Shown here: positions 10,986 through 21,974 of the stretch, piece by piece | Position numbering within the stretch: the first letter of the stretch is position 1 | How the letters are laid out: the number at the start of each line of letters is the position of its first letter | Assembly (NCBI GenBank): GCA_965214705.1 | Contig: CBDCCI010000002.1 | Coordinates: 2,432,001 to 2,496,000, forward strand | Direction: 5' to 3' | DNA: 64,000 bases | Source of the DNA: Alphaproteobacteria bacterium | GTDB lineage: Bacteria; Pseudomonadota; Alphaproteobacteria; UBA828 | Notes under the pieces: generated by a model | What the model was told of the DNA's origin: nothing | What the model saw: the letters and a program-made list of their open reading frames with translations, nothing else | Database searches by the model: none | Program-made: the position numbers and the translations under genes

Positions 10986-13322
10986 TTAGTCCTCTCCGAG
11001 TTTCGGCATGCGGTAGCCGACGCCGCGAACGTTGAATATCCAGGTCGGGTTCGCCGCGTCCTCACCGAGCTTGGCGCGGAGTTTCTTGACGAAGTTGCGC
11101 ACCAGGTCGAGGTCGCCCGCCTCGCGCCCGCTCCAGACCTTGCGTAGCAGGGCTTCGTAGGTCACCACCCGTCCGGCGTCGAGCGAGAGCACGCGCAGAA
11201 GCTCGTACTCGGTCGCGGTCAACTCGACCTCGCGCCCGGCCACCGTCACTCGGCGCTCCTCGTGGTGGATGGCGAGCGCGCCGAGCTCGAAGGGCTCAGG
11301 CCGAGCGACGCGGCGAAGGGCCGCGCCAACCCGGGCGGTGAGCTCGGTCGGCGAGAACGGCTTGACGATGTAGTCGGCGGCGCCCGCCTGCAGGGCTTCC
11401 GCGATGGTCTCGTCGCGGCCGTAGCCCGAGATAAAAACCACCGGCAGATCGGCGAGCTCCGGGACGTTTGCCATCAGCTCGATGCCGTCGGTGCCCGGCA
11501 GCATCAAGTCGAGCAGGACCAAGCGGGGATTCTCGGTACGGATGATCTGCGAGAGCTCCGTATGCTCGCCGGTCACCACCACGGTGTACCCGGCCTTGGC
11601 GAGGGCTTCGCGCGCGATGCGCAGCGTATGCGGGTCGTCGTCGACGACCAGGATGCGGGCGGCCTCGGGCGGTTCCGAGCTCGGGCGCCGGCCGGCGGAC
11701 CTGCTCTGCGCGACATCCTTCGCCACTGGTAAGGTAAAGGTGAACCGGGCGCCTTGGCCGATACCGCCGCTCTCGGCGCGGATGCGGCCCCCGTGCGCCT
11801 CCACCAGCCCCTTGCAGATGACGAGCCCGAGGCCTGTGCCCGTGATCGCCCGAGCGCCGCCGGCGCCCCCGTACTTGCGGAACAGGTGGGGCAGAAACTT
11901 GGGCGCCACGCCCCTTCCCTCGTCCGAGACAGAGACCGCGACGTGGACGCTGTCGCGTTCGGCCGAGACCCGGATAGGGGCGGACTCCGGCGAGTGCCGT
12001 GCCGCGTTGGCGAGCAGGTTGTTCAGCACCTGTACGATGCGTCGGCGGTCGGCCATCACCGGCGGCAGGTCCGGCGGCAGGTCGATGTGCACGGTGTGCC
12101 GGGCACCGCCGGACAGGAACGTGTTCCGCGCCCGGTCGACCAGCGCGGCCACCTCGGACGGTTCGGGGGCGACCGAGAGCGTGCCCGCCTCGATGCGTCC
12201 CGCATCGAGCAGGTCGCCGATCAGGCCGCGCATGTGCGCTGCCTGATCGTGGATGATACGGTAGAACTCGTGGCGTTCGGCCGGGTCGAGCTCGGCCGAC
12301 TCTTCGAGCAGGGTGAAGGCGGAGCCCGTGATCGAGGTGAGCGGGGTGCGCAGCTCGTGACTCACCAGGCCGAGGAACTCGGCGCGAAGCCGCTCCAGCT
12401 CCTGCAGCGGCGCCAGATCCTGCATTGTGACCACCATCGAGGCGACCTCGCCGTCGTCGGAACGGATCGGGGTCGCGTTGAGGAGCACGGTGACGCTGCG
12501 ACCGTCCGGAACCGATAGCTCGACCTCCTCGCCGCGCACCGTCTCGCCGATGCTCAGCGCCTCCACGATGGGGAACTCGCTGAGCGATACCTCGCGGCCG
12601 TCGCCGCGACGGAAGTACATTATGTCTAGCAGCTCCTCCACCGGGCGGTCCGCCATGCGCAGATGTTCGGCGAGGCGCCGCGCCTCGCGGTTGAACGACA
12701 CCGGACGGCCGGATCGGGCATCGAACACCACGACGCCGACCGGCGAGGTCTCGACCAGGGCTTCGAGGTCCGCCCGCGCGCGGCGCTCGTCGCGGTGGGT
12801 GCGGGCGTTGGCGATCGCGGCCGCCGCCTGCGAGGCGAACAGCGCCATTACCTCCTCGTCCTCGTCGGTGAACTCTGGTCCCGTCTCCTTCTCGCCGAGG
12901 AAGAAGTTGCCGACCTGCGCGCCGCGGTGGCGCATCGGCGTGCCCTGGAAGGTGTTGATGATCACCCCGTCGGTGGAAAAGCCGAGCGCGCCGACATGGG
13001 CGGGCATGTCGGCCACCCGCAGCGGCGAGGGCAGATCGCGCAGCACCTCGAAGACCCGCAGGTTGTCCGTCCACTCCACCACCTGACGTTTCTCCTCGGG
13101 CGTGAAGCCGGAGAGGACGGCGTCCTCGAGCCGCCCGGCGTCGTCGATGGTGGTGATGACGGCGTAGCGGGCGCCGGTCAGCGCGCGGGCGGTTTCAGCG
13201 ATCTCGTGAAGCACCGTGTCGAGGTCGAGGCTCGTGCTGATGCGCAAGAAGGCCGCGGTGAGTGCGGAGATCCGTTCGCGCAGGGTCTCGATCTGCCGCG
13301 CCGGTTCGGTCGGCTCGCTCAA
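10986..13322 (-). CDS. Soluble hybrid regulator GAF-PAS-HisKA-HATPase-REC-wHTH (paralog 2)
   Basis: Same motif set, collinear with paralog 1; TTG start behind GAGGAG inferred from alignment. Confidence 0.9.
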   Translation of the reverse strand: MSEPTEPARQIETLRERISALTAAFLRISTSLDLDTVLHEIAETARALTGARYAVITTIDDAGRLEDAVLSGFTPEEKRQVVEWTDNLRVFEVLRDLPSPLRVADMPAHVGALGFSTDGVIINTFQGTPMRHRGAQVGNFFLGEKETGPEFTDEDEEVMALFASQAAAAIANARTHRDERRARADLEALVETSPVGVVVFDARSGRPVSFNREARRLAEHLRMADRPVEELLDIMYFRRGDGREVSLSEFPIVEALSIGETVRGEEVELSVPDGRSVTVLLNATPIRSDDGEVASMVVTMQDLAPLQELERLRAEFLGLVSHELRTPLTSITGSAFTLLEESAELDPAERHEFYRIIHDQAAHMRGLIGDLLDAGRIEAGTLSVAPEPSEVAALVDRARNTFLSGGARHTVHIDLPPDLPPVMADRRRIVQVLNNLLANAARHSPESAPIRVSAERDSVHVAVSVSDEGRGVAPKFLPHLFRKYGGAGGARAITGTGLGLVICKGLVEAHGGRIRAESGGIGQGARFTFTLPVAKDVAQSRSAGRRPSSEPPEAARILVVDDDPHTLRIAREALAKAGYTVVVTGEHTELSQIIRTENPRLVLLDLMLPGTDGIELMANVPELADLPVVFISGYGRDETIAEALQAGAADYIVKPFSPTELTARVGAALRRVARPEPFELGALAIHHEERRVTVAGREVELTATEYELLRVLSLDAGRVVTYEALLRKVWSGREAGDLDLVRNFVKKLRAKLGEDAANPTWIFNVRGVGYRMPKLGED

Positions 13323-13860
13323 CGGGTTCTCCTCCCCGGATACGGCCTGGATTGACCTTCGATCGCCCAGCGCCGGCGTGCCGCGGCACAGGACAGTCAG
13401 GACCCTAGGGTGCCGACGATCCGGCCGGATCGTAAACGATCCAGTCAAATAATTACAGAAAAGACATCGTATTAATCAAATTAGGTACGAAGAAATCATT
13501 TAAAGCCTTTCAAATGCTGGTTTTGCCCGCGGTTCGGCGACGCTCGGAGAACGGAGAAGATGACCGGGCGGTTCGCAATGACGAGCGCGGTACGGAACCG
13601 TTCCGGGCATTGTCGACGGCGATGGCTGCCGCGCGTGCCTGCGCACCAGTTCAGCAACTAGCCGAAAGCGAGAGTTGTCGGGTCGCCAAGCTTGAGAGAC
13701 TTTCGATCGCCTCCGAAAAGGTAAGGGACTGGTGATCCGGTCGTTCATCCGCGTCGTCGGTCCGCTCCCGCAACACCGGACTGATCAATGGCAGCGGACT
13801 TGTGTTTCGATCGACCTGATCTACCTCAACGTGTCCCTAGACACTTACGGATCGCGCACT

Positions 13861-14778
13861 TTACGCACGGTCACTGTCTTGAGCGAGTCGGCCGACGGAA
13901 CGGTCAATTTCGTCCAGCAACCAAGCGCGAAAGTCGCTGACCTCCGACACGTCGGCCATCGTTTTGGGGATCAAGAGCCAGTAGCCGAACTCGCTCTGCA
14001 GGGTCTCGTCGACGGGCCGCACGAGGCGCCCCGATGCGAGGTCGTCATGTACAATCGTGGTGGGGGTCAGTGCGACGCCCAATCCTTCCCGCGCAGCGTC
14101 CATGATAAGCCCTCCGCTAAGACTGATGCCGGCATGCGGGTCGATCCCTTCGCGACCTTCCAGCCCTGCGCTGGTCAGGAAGGTGGGCCAGTCGGGAAAA
14201 TCGTAGCGATGCGGGAAACTATGGCGATGAAGGAGGGTTGCTCCGGCGAGAGTTCGGTCTTGACAGACCGAGGGAGCGCACACCGCCAAGATCGTCTCGC
14301 GGGTCAGTCTCTCCGCAACGACGTCGCCCTCGCTGTCAAAGAATCCCCAGTCGACGACGATATCCGCGTCGCCGATGGTCGATTCAGTGAATCGGTCAAC
14401 GAGGACGATATCGACGTTGCGAGCTTGGCGCTTGAAGCTTCCAAGGCGAGGAAACAGCCAACACTTCGCGAAAACGGGCGCGACCATGACCACGATTCTT
14501 TTTGTGCGAGGATTGCGGCGTGTACGCACGACGGCATTGTTGATCATGGTAAAGGCTGGGTAGAGGTTATCTCTTAAGCTCTTGCCGGCGACCGTAAGAC
14601 GCACGCCACGCCCGTTTCTCTCCAAAATGGCGACGCCGAGATCAGCCTCGAGCTCTTTGATGTGACGGCTTACGGCGCTAGGCGTGACCGACAATTCGCC
14701 GCCGGCAAGGGATACTGAACCGAGACGGGCGACGGCCTCGAATGCACGCAGCGAGTTCAGGGAAGGTAGGCGCGCCAC
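13861..14778 (-). CDS. LysR-family regulator, GcvA-like
   Basis: LPSLNSLRAFEAVARLGS...TPSAVSRHIKELE; AAREGLGVAL. Confidence 0.92.
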   Translation of the reverse strand: MARLPSLNSLRAFEAVARLGSVSLAGGELSVTPSAVSRHIKELEADLGVAILERNGRGVRLTVAGKSLRDNLYPAFTMINNAVVRTRRNPRTKRIVVMVAPVFAKCWLFPRLGSFKRQARNVDIVLVDRFTESTIGDADIVVDWGFFDSEGDVVAERLTRETILAVCAPSVCQDRTLAGATLLHRHSFPHRYDFPDWPTFLTSAGLEGREGIDPHAGISLSGGLIMDAAREGLGVALTPTTIVHDDLASGRLVRPVDETLQSEFGYWLLIPKTMADVSEVSDFRAWLLDEIDRSVGRLAQDSDRA

Positions 14779-15415
14779 CTCTCTCTACCTCTGTTTGCGG
14801 CAATGAAAGTCCGGTTCGCTCGCGACGCGTCCGGGCGCACATGGACGACCGCCGCCCGCGCTTTGCATCTTCCACGCGCAACGGGAAGCGGATCATTGGT
14901 GAAACATGCACATTCTGGCGCCAAATCCGTGATCTGTGTGTTCTTTTCTTGGCTAAAATCGTTCTCATTCTGTGACTTTCCTCTCGAACTGGTGGATGGA
15001 CCGGACGCAGGACGCACTACGTGGACGTCATGGTGAGATGAACGTCCAGGGCAGCAACTCGTCGCACTCAGAGCTGGCACTCTGCGCCGGTGGGCTCGAG
15101 CGTGCCAGCGAATGCGGCATGCCCGTGTTGCGAGTGGGAGTCGATCGATGATGGCGGGGAAGTGACGGATAACCCCAAACCGATCGCGCGCCGCTGGAAG
15201 ATGAACCACACGAGAGGCCCAGATGTCGGGCTGGAACAAGAGCGAGACCGCGAGGGCCAGTCTCCAAGTGAGCGATCAGGCGTGGTTCTGCAATCTGCAC
15301 CGGTACTCGCCGATTGCGTCTCCTCGGCCAGCCCGTTGTGCGCCGCGCTCGCGTGCCCACTCTGCTCGTTCTCACAGAGGAGCGGCGCTTCATGCCTGAC
15401 GGACCCCGGTGCGGA

Positions 15416-16399
15416 TCAGCGGTTGGCTGCGACACCGGAGGCGTGACCACCCATGATCCGCGCAGGGGGAGATTGCGCTGAACTCGGCTTGGCCGGTCCA
15501 CCCGAGCTGCGACCCATCTCATCCTTCAGCCAAGCCTGGAAGGCGACGACTTCAGGGCGAACACTCCGCGTCTGGGGAGCCAGCATCCAGTAGCCGCAGC
15601 CGTTTCTCATGGCTTCAGCGATCGGGCGCACCAAACGTCCGCTCGCCAAATCGTCATAGGCTACGGTCGTATTGGTGAGCAGCAGGCCTTTGCCGTTGCG
15701 TGCGGCTTCCATTATCAGCGCCGTAGACAGGCGAAGTCCCCGGCTGGTGTCGATGCCGTCCAGCCCCAAGAACGCAGCAAAGCCCGTCCAGCCCGGCCAG
15801 TTCGCGGTGGGCGGTATGCCCTTGCGGTGCAGGAGCGTACATTCAGCTAGGCTTCTCGTTTCCGCGATGTGGCGTGCCACATCTGGCCTACATACGGGAA
15901 AAATCTCCTCGTCGCTCAGCTTCTCGACGTCGAAGCCTGGAAATTTGTCGAAGCACCCGTAGTCAATGATTAGATCGGCGCCTGGAGGGATCCTGTCAGG
16001 ACATGTCCACTTGTCCTCGATTGCCACATCGATCGTCGCTCCGTGATAGTTGAAGCGATCAATGCGTGGAATCAACCAAGCTGAAGCGAACATGGGTGAG
16101 CTATAAAGCCTGATCCGATTGCCTGCACGCGAATCGGCCACTCTTTCAATGCATCCAGCGATTTCAGCGAACGCTGCTTCCAAGCCAATTTGGAGCTGCT
16201 CACCAACAGGAGTCAGGCGAACACCACGACCATCCCGCGAGAGGAGTTTGATGCCTAAGTCGGCTTCAAGATTCTTAATTTGGCTGCTCACAGCGCCGGC
16301 CGTAACATTAAGAGCGCGAGCCGCCTCAACCACTGAACCATGACGACCTACTGCTTCGTAAGCCTTCAAGGAATTGAGTGACGGTAATCTTCTTCCCAT
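15416..16399 (-). CDS. LysR-family regulator, GcvA-like
   Basis: LPSLNSLKAYEAVGRHGS...TAGAVSSQIKNLE; complete effector domain. Confidence 0.92.
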   Translation of the reverse strand: MGRRLPSLNSLKAYEAVGRHGSVVEAARALNVTAGAVSSQIKNLEADLGIKLLSRDGRGVRLTPVGEQLQIGLEAAFAEIAGCIERVADSRAGNRIRLYSSPMFASAWLIPRIDRFNYHGATIDVAIEDKWTCPDRIPPGADLIIDYGCFDKFPGFDVEKLSDEEIFPVCRPDVARHIAETRSLAECTLLHRKGIPPTANWPGWTGFAAFLGLDGIDTSRGLRLSTALIMEAARNGKGLLLTNTTVAYDDLASGRLVRPIAEAMRNGCGYWMLAPQTRSVRPEVVAFQAWLKDEMGRSSGGPAKPSSAQSPPARIMGGHASGVAANR

Positions 16400-17487
16400 G
16401 CCCTATTTTGCAATTTCCGGGTGCTAATGTCACCCCAAATCGTCCTCCTTTTGTGTTATTTTTGTAAATTATACGGCCAGAAAAATATTATTTGAGTGAC
16501 GACCGAGCTCGATTGTCACCGAGGCACCATCGCAGCGACGGCATGCACTGCGACTCGACACCAGCCCATCCCTGTGCTGCTCCCGTCCGAGGCCTGCTGA
16601 CAGGACGGCAACTCGTCGTCCGCCCCCTTCTGATGCAGCCTACCGCGTTGTCACGTTTGTGACGGTTCTCCATCCACCGCACCCGCCCTACCGCGAATGC
16701 CGAACCTGATACGGCAACCGCCAGCATAAACCTCTGTGGAGAAAATGGGTTTTCTTCATCACGCGTGCGCTTAGCGCTTCGCCCAGTTGAGCAGAGCAGG
16801 GCGTACGATTCGGCGCGGCGGCCAAGCGAGGGCTATCAGGTCCCTCGACCGGAGCTCGCCGTGAGCCTCCAAGACTGCTGGGCGAAGCCTTGCTACCTCA
16901 TGGCACAGTGGATGGGCTGGCGCCATATTTCTGAGCGGCAGGGAAACGCCCGCCGGGGTGTCGAGCAGGAGAGCCTCGAAACTCCAGCTATCTCGATCGC
17001 GTCGTGACCCGGCCCGGGCGTAACAACAGCGTGTCCACAAACCGCCGTTAACGTTCCGGTCTCAGGTCGCACTGAAGCGCAACGTCCGCTCGCGCGCGGC
17101 CTGATGTTTTTGCAATTCTAGCATTCTGAGTCGCCGAAGATGTAAAGCGAACGCATATGCGCCAAACGGCACGCCTCCTGATCGGGTCTTCTTGATATAA
17201 CTAATGAAGTAGTCTGCACGTGTTTCGAGAAAATCTAGTAGGCCGACGCAAGGGATTGAGATCACTTCTTCGTGAACAGGCAGGCCGAAATGTTTGGACA
17301 AAGAATGCAAATGCTTCAGACGTCGTTGGGAGGAGAGCTGCAGGCGGCTTGAATCGACGAAGTCGCGTAGTGAATTCGTTTTTCCCGGTGTTGCGCTAAG
17401 GGATCGCCGATCTCGGTACAACAAAATTCGACGATCAGCGATGGTATCCTGCAACATTGTCTCGGCACAGCAAATCGAAGTTTTAAT

Positions 17488-18630
17488 TCAGTCTCCCGGC
17501 ATCATGGTGGCGCTTTGAAGAACGCGTTTCATCACTTGCCGTATAGACTTGCGGTATACTGCGCTCGTACGTCTGGACTTGGCACCGGTGGCAAATGCAT
17601 GAATTGCTGGTTCGAAAGGGATAACGACGTCTGGGCGACGATCGCCGAGCGCGTAACGCACATGAGCTGGTGACAAGCGGCTCTTGGGCATTCGCGGAAG
17701 GCATTGAGTTAGAGTTACCGGGTAGTTCGTTCCCAACAGGGCCAAGCCGCGCACGACCGAGCTCAGACTCGAAAGTGTCGGCTCGAACTGCAAAACACGC
17801 GCGTCGGCGCGCTGCATGATCTCCAATCGCAAATCTCCATCGGGGAACCCTGTCACCAGGACCAGGTGGGTCCGGTTCGCGAGATGTGCGAGAAGCCTGC
17901 AAACGGCGGTGGAAGACGGCGGTTCTAATGGTGCGGCGACAGGGGTGTAGGCCACCAGCGATAGACCTTTGTCCGTTGGTGCGCACACGTCGTCGATCTG
18001 ATTCAGTGTGATGTCGGGCTCGGCGTCGGCGGATGCGTGGCTGCCGAGAGATTCGAGAAGGCCCGACAGCCCGTCGGCGGGGGGAATGCCAAACAATCCG
18101 GGAAGCCGTGCCGCGACCGGATCAAGATCTACGATCGAGGCCGTGCGCCCGTCGGCGGCAATAGCGCGCGCGACGGCCGCAACGAGCGTGGATGTCCCGC
18201 TGCCGGCGCTGCCCGCGAATGCGACGACACGCCCGGCATAAGCCCGCTCAGCGGGACTGGCAGACACTGACGCGCACGCTTCTCGGATCTGGAGAGAGGA
18301 AACCGGTTTGAGCAGATAGTCCGCGATGCCGCACTGAAAGAGAGACCGAGCAAATTGCGCAGTATCGGTCGAACCGATTGCGATGACCGCGGTTTCGACG
18401 GCGCAGACTGCAGCTAACTCCCTCGCGGCAATTTCGGGATCCGCGACTCCGTCAAGGTCGACGAAAAGCAGTTTCGCGGCGGGTTCGACCGCCAGACTTC
18501 TAAGGGCCGCCGGAAGACGGTCACGCTGAATTTTGGCCTTGCGGCCCGCGAGACCCTCACGCAGAGCACGCAAAGTGCGAGCGTCTGCAGCGAATCCTCG
18601 CGCATACAGGCTATCGGGGGGCAGAGCCAC
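17488..18630 (-). CDS. cpaE: CpaE/TadZ-like pilus localisation protein (pseudo-receiver + MinD-like), copy 2
   Basis: LLFVDLD...GIADYLLKP then AFAGSAGSGTSTL, VDLD, VVIPFEP; similar to the C-terminal part of 52708-55440. Confidence 0.75.
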   Translation of the reverse strand: MALPPDSLYARGFAADARTLRALREGLAGRKAKIQRDRLPAALRSLAVEPAAKLLFVDLDGVADPEIAARELAAVCAVETAVIAIGSTDTAQFARSLFQCGIADYLLKPVSSLQIREACASVSASPAERAYAGRVVAFAGSAGSGTSTLVAAVARAIAADGRTASIVDLDPVAARLPGLFGIPPADGLSGLLESLGSHASADAEPDITLNQIDDVCAPTDKGLSLVAYTPVAAPLEPPSSTAVCRLLAHLANRTHLVLVTGFPDGDLRLEIMQRADARVLQFEPTLSSLSSVVRGLALLGTNYPVTLTQCLPRMPKSRLSPAHVRYALGDRRPDVVIPFEPAIHAFATGAKSRRTSAVYRKSIRQVMKRVLQSATMMPGD

Positions 18631-18675
18631 TTCTGGGTTCCACGCCCAAATCAGGGCAAGAGCCGGTCTTGGGAC

Positions 18676-19107
18676 TCATGAGCCGCCGGTTATCGACGAA
18701 GCCGTGTCGGACGGGTCGGGCAACGGCCGGACCCGATCTTCAACCCAGCGCTTGTAGGCGTTGGATGCACTGCCATAGGCAGCGGTCGTTCGGGCGTTGG
18801 GGATGCACGGTTGCTGCCGTGCTTCGCCGACGGATGTAACGCCGAGGACGGGACCATGAAGAGTAATCGCATCTCGGGCTGCAGCGGTCGACAGGTTGGT
18901 CGTGCAGGGGCGCCGAAGGGCCTGGAGCGCCTCATGGTACGTGACGAGACGCTCGGTCTCCGCCCTGACCTCGGTGACCACCCCGCTGAAAGGGGCAAAA
19001 TACTCGTCCTGCAGTGCGAGCCGCCCCTGACAGCCGGCTACGAGCAAAGCGATCAACATTGGCATGACCAGTCGGGGATGCAAATGCGGGAATCCGACCT
19101 TCTTCAT
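18676..19107 (-). CDS. Putative lipoprotein of the Tad locus
   Basis: Lipobox LLVAGC; AGGAG RBS; co-oriented with the operon. Confidence 0.6.
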   Translation of the reverse strand: MKKVGFPHLHPRLVMPMLIALLVAGCQGRLALQDEYFAPFSGVVTEVRAETERLVTYHEALQALRRPCTTNLSTAAARDAITLHGPVLGVTSVGEARQQPCIPNARTTAAYGSASNAYKRWVEDRVRPLPDPSDTASSITGGS

Positions 19108-19304
19108 AGCATGCTCCTACGCAACGGATATTGCAGCACGACTCACACCGTCTCTCAAAAACGTGTCTCGAAATATTCAAAAACTTTCGTTCGAATGGCC
19201 GAGATGTTCATACCTTCGGCACTCCCTTACCCAAGCGACCTCATCACGGAAGTCTGACGAGAGAACCCTCGCTCAGAGACATCTTCCAACTTATACTCAA
19301 AGCG

Positions 19305-20554
19305 CTAGCCAGCTTGTTCTGCTGCTTTGCCGATTGTCTCCAAGTTCTTTATGACCAATAGTAGCCGCGCGAATACATCCGTGGTTGTCATTTTTTCAGC
19401 TTTATGAAGCCTGTTAGCTGTCAACTGGATGTTGAGATGGGTCTTGACCTCGCAACTTCTGCGAGCAAAAAATCGGTAACATCCAAGATATCTGACGAAG
19501 TTACGTTTGCAAGCGTGAAATTCGGCACGCTGGATGCATCCATACCCAGTCTGGTTTGCAAGTCCACTAACTTGTATGCTGCCCTTATCACTTGTTGAGC
19601 GACCGCCGTGGGCTGTTTGTCGTGCTCCACGGTCGGCGGATTCACGTCAAGAGAGACCTGTAGTTCCGCGGCAATCAAGTTCATCTCGTCGTGAACCCGA
19701 AGCACCTGAACATACACGTCGTTGGGCGTGGTGGATCGACCTACAAGGCCGTCCAGCAAGAGCGAGGCATGGAGAAGGTTCTCGTAGACATGAGAAGGCG
19801 ACTTGCCACCAACGAAGGGAGCGAACTCGATGTTGTGCCTGACAATCATCTGCCGCTTTATCCTGCGCAGTTCTTCGATGATGGCTTGCACCACCTCATG
19901 TAGGTCGATCAGGGTGAGCGGCTTCACCGGTATATGTCCAACGTCCACAGGGATCATGCCGAGGCGTTTCTGTATGCGCGCTGTCTTTTGCATGACTTCC
20001 AACGACTTTGCATAAGCATGTATGGAAGTTTGATGCTGGCGAAAGGCGACCTTCTCCGGACTGTCAGTAACGTTCATGGCATTCCGTAGAATTACAATTT
20101 CCGAAATGAGGTTCACTGTCGCCTGATGAATGTGACTGGCTGTAATGTCGTTGTCGGCGACTTGAGTGGAGCGAAAATCCCTGGGTCGATGCGGCTGATT
20201 GGGCGCAACCGCGGTTCCCTCGATCGCTAGCGCGCTTTCTTGCACATCTTCTGTTACGGCGCTGGCTTCCACATCCTTCTGACCCGCGAGGTCCTTCCCC
20301 TCAGTGTGCTGCAAGTTTTGACTACCATCTGACTCGGCGTCGGGCGATTCATCTACAAAGAAGTCTACGATAGACGAAAAGATGCCGTCCCAAAGGCCTT
20401 TGTCTTCTTCCGGCGTATCGCTTGGGACCAATTCTGTCGCCAGGTCTTCGGCGGCGGCCGATGCAGCATTTTGCGCTTCCGCAATTGGCGAGAGCACATG
20501 TGCCGACAGCAGGAGGAGCAGGAGCGAGAGTGTCAGTCGAAGCGGTACATTCAT
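19305..20554 (-). pseudogene. Secreted helical-repeat protein, paralog of 23949-24902, frameshifted near the C-terminus
   Basis: Signal peptide; HAYAKSLEVM, GGKSPSHVY, LQTRLGMDASSVP shared with the paralog; the homologous tail (KTHLNI...DVFA..LLLVIKNL..IGKAA) continues in shifted frames to a TAG at 19305. Confidence 0.7.
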
Positions 20555-20763
20555 GTCATGCCTCCGTGCTTGAAGCCAGAGCAAACGCCCCGCGGACAGG
20601 CAGAATCGGCTTGGGCAGATAGAACCTGACCATGCTGGATTTTGAACGCATCATTCCTTGGCTCCTTCCCCAAAATCGAGCATCCTAGATTCAGACATTT
20701 GTGCATATGTTGGTCGCCACGCACGGAGCGAAAAGTGGCTGTCTAGTGTCAGATATGTAGATG

Positions 20764-21954
20764 TCATGGGTCTAGCTCTTGCGACTCGCCTTCCAAGGTG
20801 TTGATAAAGGCGATGATCGCCTGCTTGTCTTCGTCAGGCGCTTCCCGCCCCAGCTGATGCTCGAACATGGCGTCAACGGCGTCGCGCAAAGTCGCGGCGG
20901 TGCCGTCGTGAAGGTAGGGAGCGGTAAGAGAGGCCATGCGCAGGCTCGGAACCTTGAAGGAATGTCGATCGACGGGGTTTCCAGTAACATTGTAGCGACC
21001 GTAGTCAGCCTGAGAGATATCTCCGCGCGTCTTGAAATACTCGTTTAGTACACCAAAAACCTGAAACATGTTGCCACCCACGTTTGCCCCCTGATGGCAA
21101 GAGGCACAACCGTAATGCTTGAACAACGCGTAACCGCGTTTTTCCAAGTTGCTGATGGCATTCACATCTCCACCCAGCCATCGATCGAATCTGCTGTTGG
21201 GCGTGGTGAGAGACCTCAGATACTCGGCGAGCGCATCTTTAACGTTGTTACGTGTGATGCCGTCCGGATAAAGAGCCCCGAAGCGCTGCGGATAACTCTC
21301 GTGCACATAGAGCTTCTCGACGACATCGGGCCACAAGCTACCTAGCTCCACCGAAGATTGCACAGGACCGTCGATCTGCTGCTCAAGCGTGTTGGCTCGA
21401 CCGTCCCAGAATTGCTTGAAGTTCAGTCCGACGTTAAAGACCGTAGGCGCATTTATCGTGCCTAGCTTGCCGTCAATTCCGACGGAGACCCTGCGCCCGT
21501 CATCTCCGCCGGAACCAAGATCGTGGCAGCTCACGCACGCGGTCGAGTTGTCCTTCGACAGCCTCGGGTCATGAAACAGAGCGCGCCCAAGGGCTACCTT
21601 CTGGGGACTCGTCCCCATGTCTGCCGGAATCGGCTTTATGGGTTCGTCGTCGTTCGGCCGAGCCGGCACATGTATGGTGAAATCTACGCCGCTTTCTTCG
21701 ACGATCGACTCGTCGGTGTTTTCCGGATCCCACGGCGCGACCTCCGACAGGGCGTCGGGCAATCCGGGGAACTGCACGTCAGTGCTCAGCCGGTAATAGG
21801 CGGCCTCTTCGGAAGGCTCGCCGGCGTTCTGCACGATTTGCGTGGCTGGACTGAAGCCGCGCGTATCGCCGGCAAGGGAGATGGAGGAAATAGCAGGAGT
21901 TGGCAACAAGGCAACGATCACCATTCTTCCAAGCCTGGATCGGACGAAATTCAT
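20764..21954 (-). CDS. Di-heme cytochrome c peroxidase-family protein (copy 2, N-terminally extended)
   Basis: CVSCH and CASCH, INAPTVFN, QFWDGRA, FKVPSLR, APYLHDG; signal-peptide-like start MNFVRSRLGRMVIVALL. Confidence 0.88.
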   Translation of the reverse strand: MNFVRSRLGRMVIVALLPTPAISSISLAGDTRGFSPATQIVQNAGEPSEEAAYYRLSTDVQFPGLPDALSEVAPWDPENTDESIVEESGVDFTIHVPARPNDDEPIKPIPADMGTSPQKVALGRALFHDPRLSKDNSTACVSCHDLGSGGDDGRRVSVGIDGKLGTINAPTVFNVGLNFKQFWDGRANTLEQQIDGPVQSSVELGSLWPDVVEKLYVHESYPQRFGALYPDGITRNNVKDALAEYLRSLTTPNSRFDRWLGGDVNAISNLEKRGYALFKHYGCASCHQGANVGGNMFQVFGVLNEYFKTRGDISQADYGRYNVTGNPVDRHSFKVPSLRMASLTAPYLHDGTAATLRDAVDAMFEHQLGREAPDEDKQAIIAFINTLEGESQELDP

Positions 21955-21974
21955 TTCTGCTTTGGCCAGAGCCG

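Noticed and set aside
16488-17457. Small ORFs downstream of cpaE 2
   Set aside because: No family recognised; may be gene debris but cannot be supported
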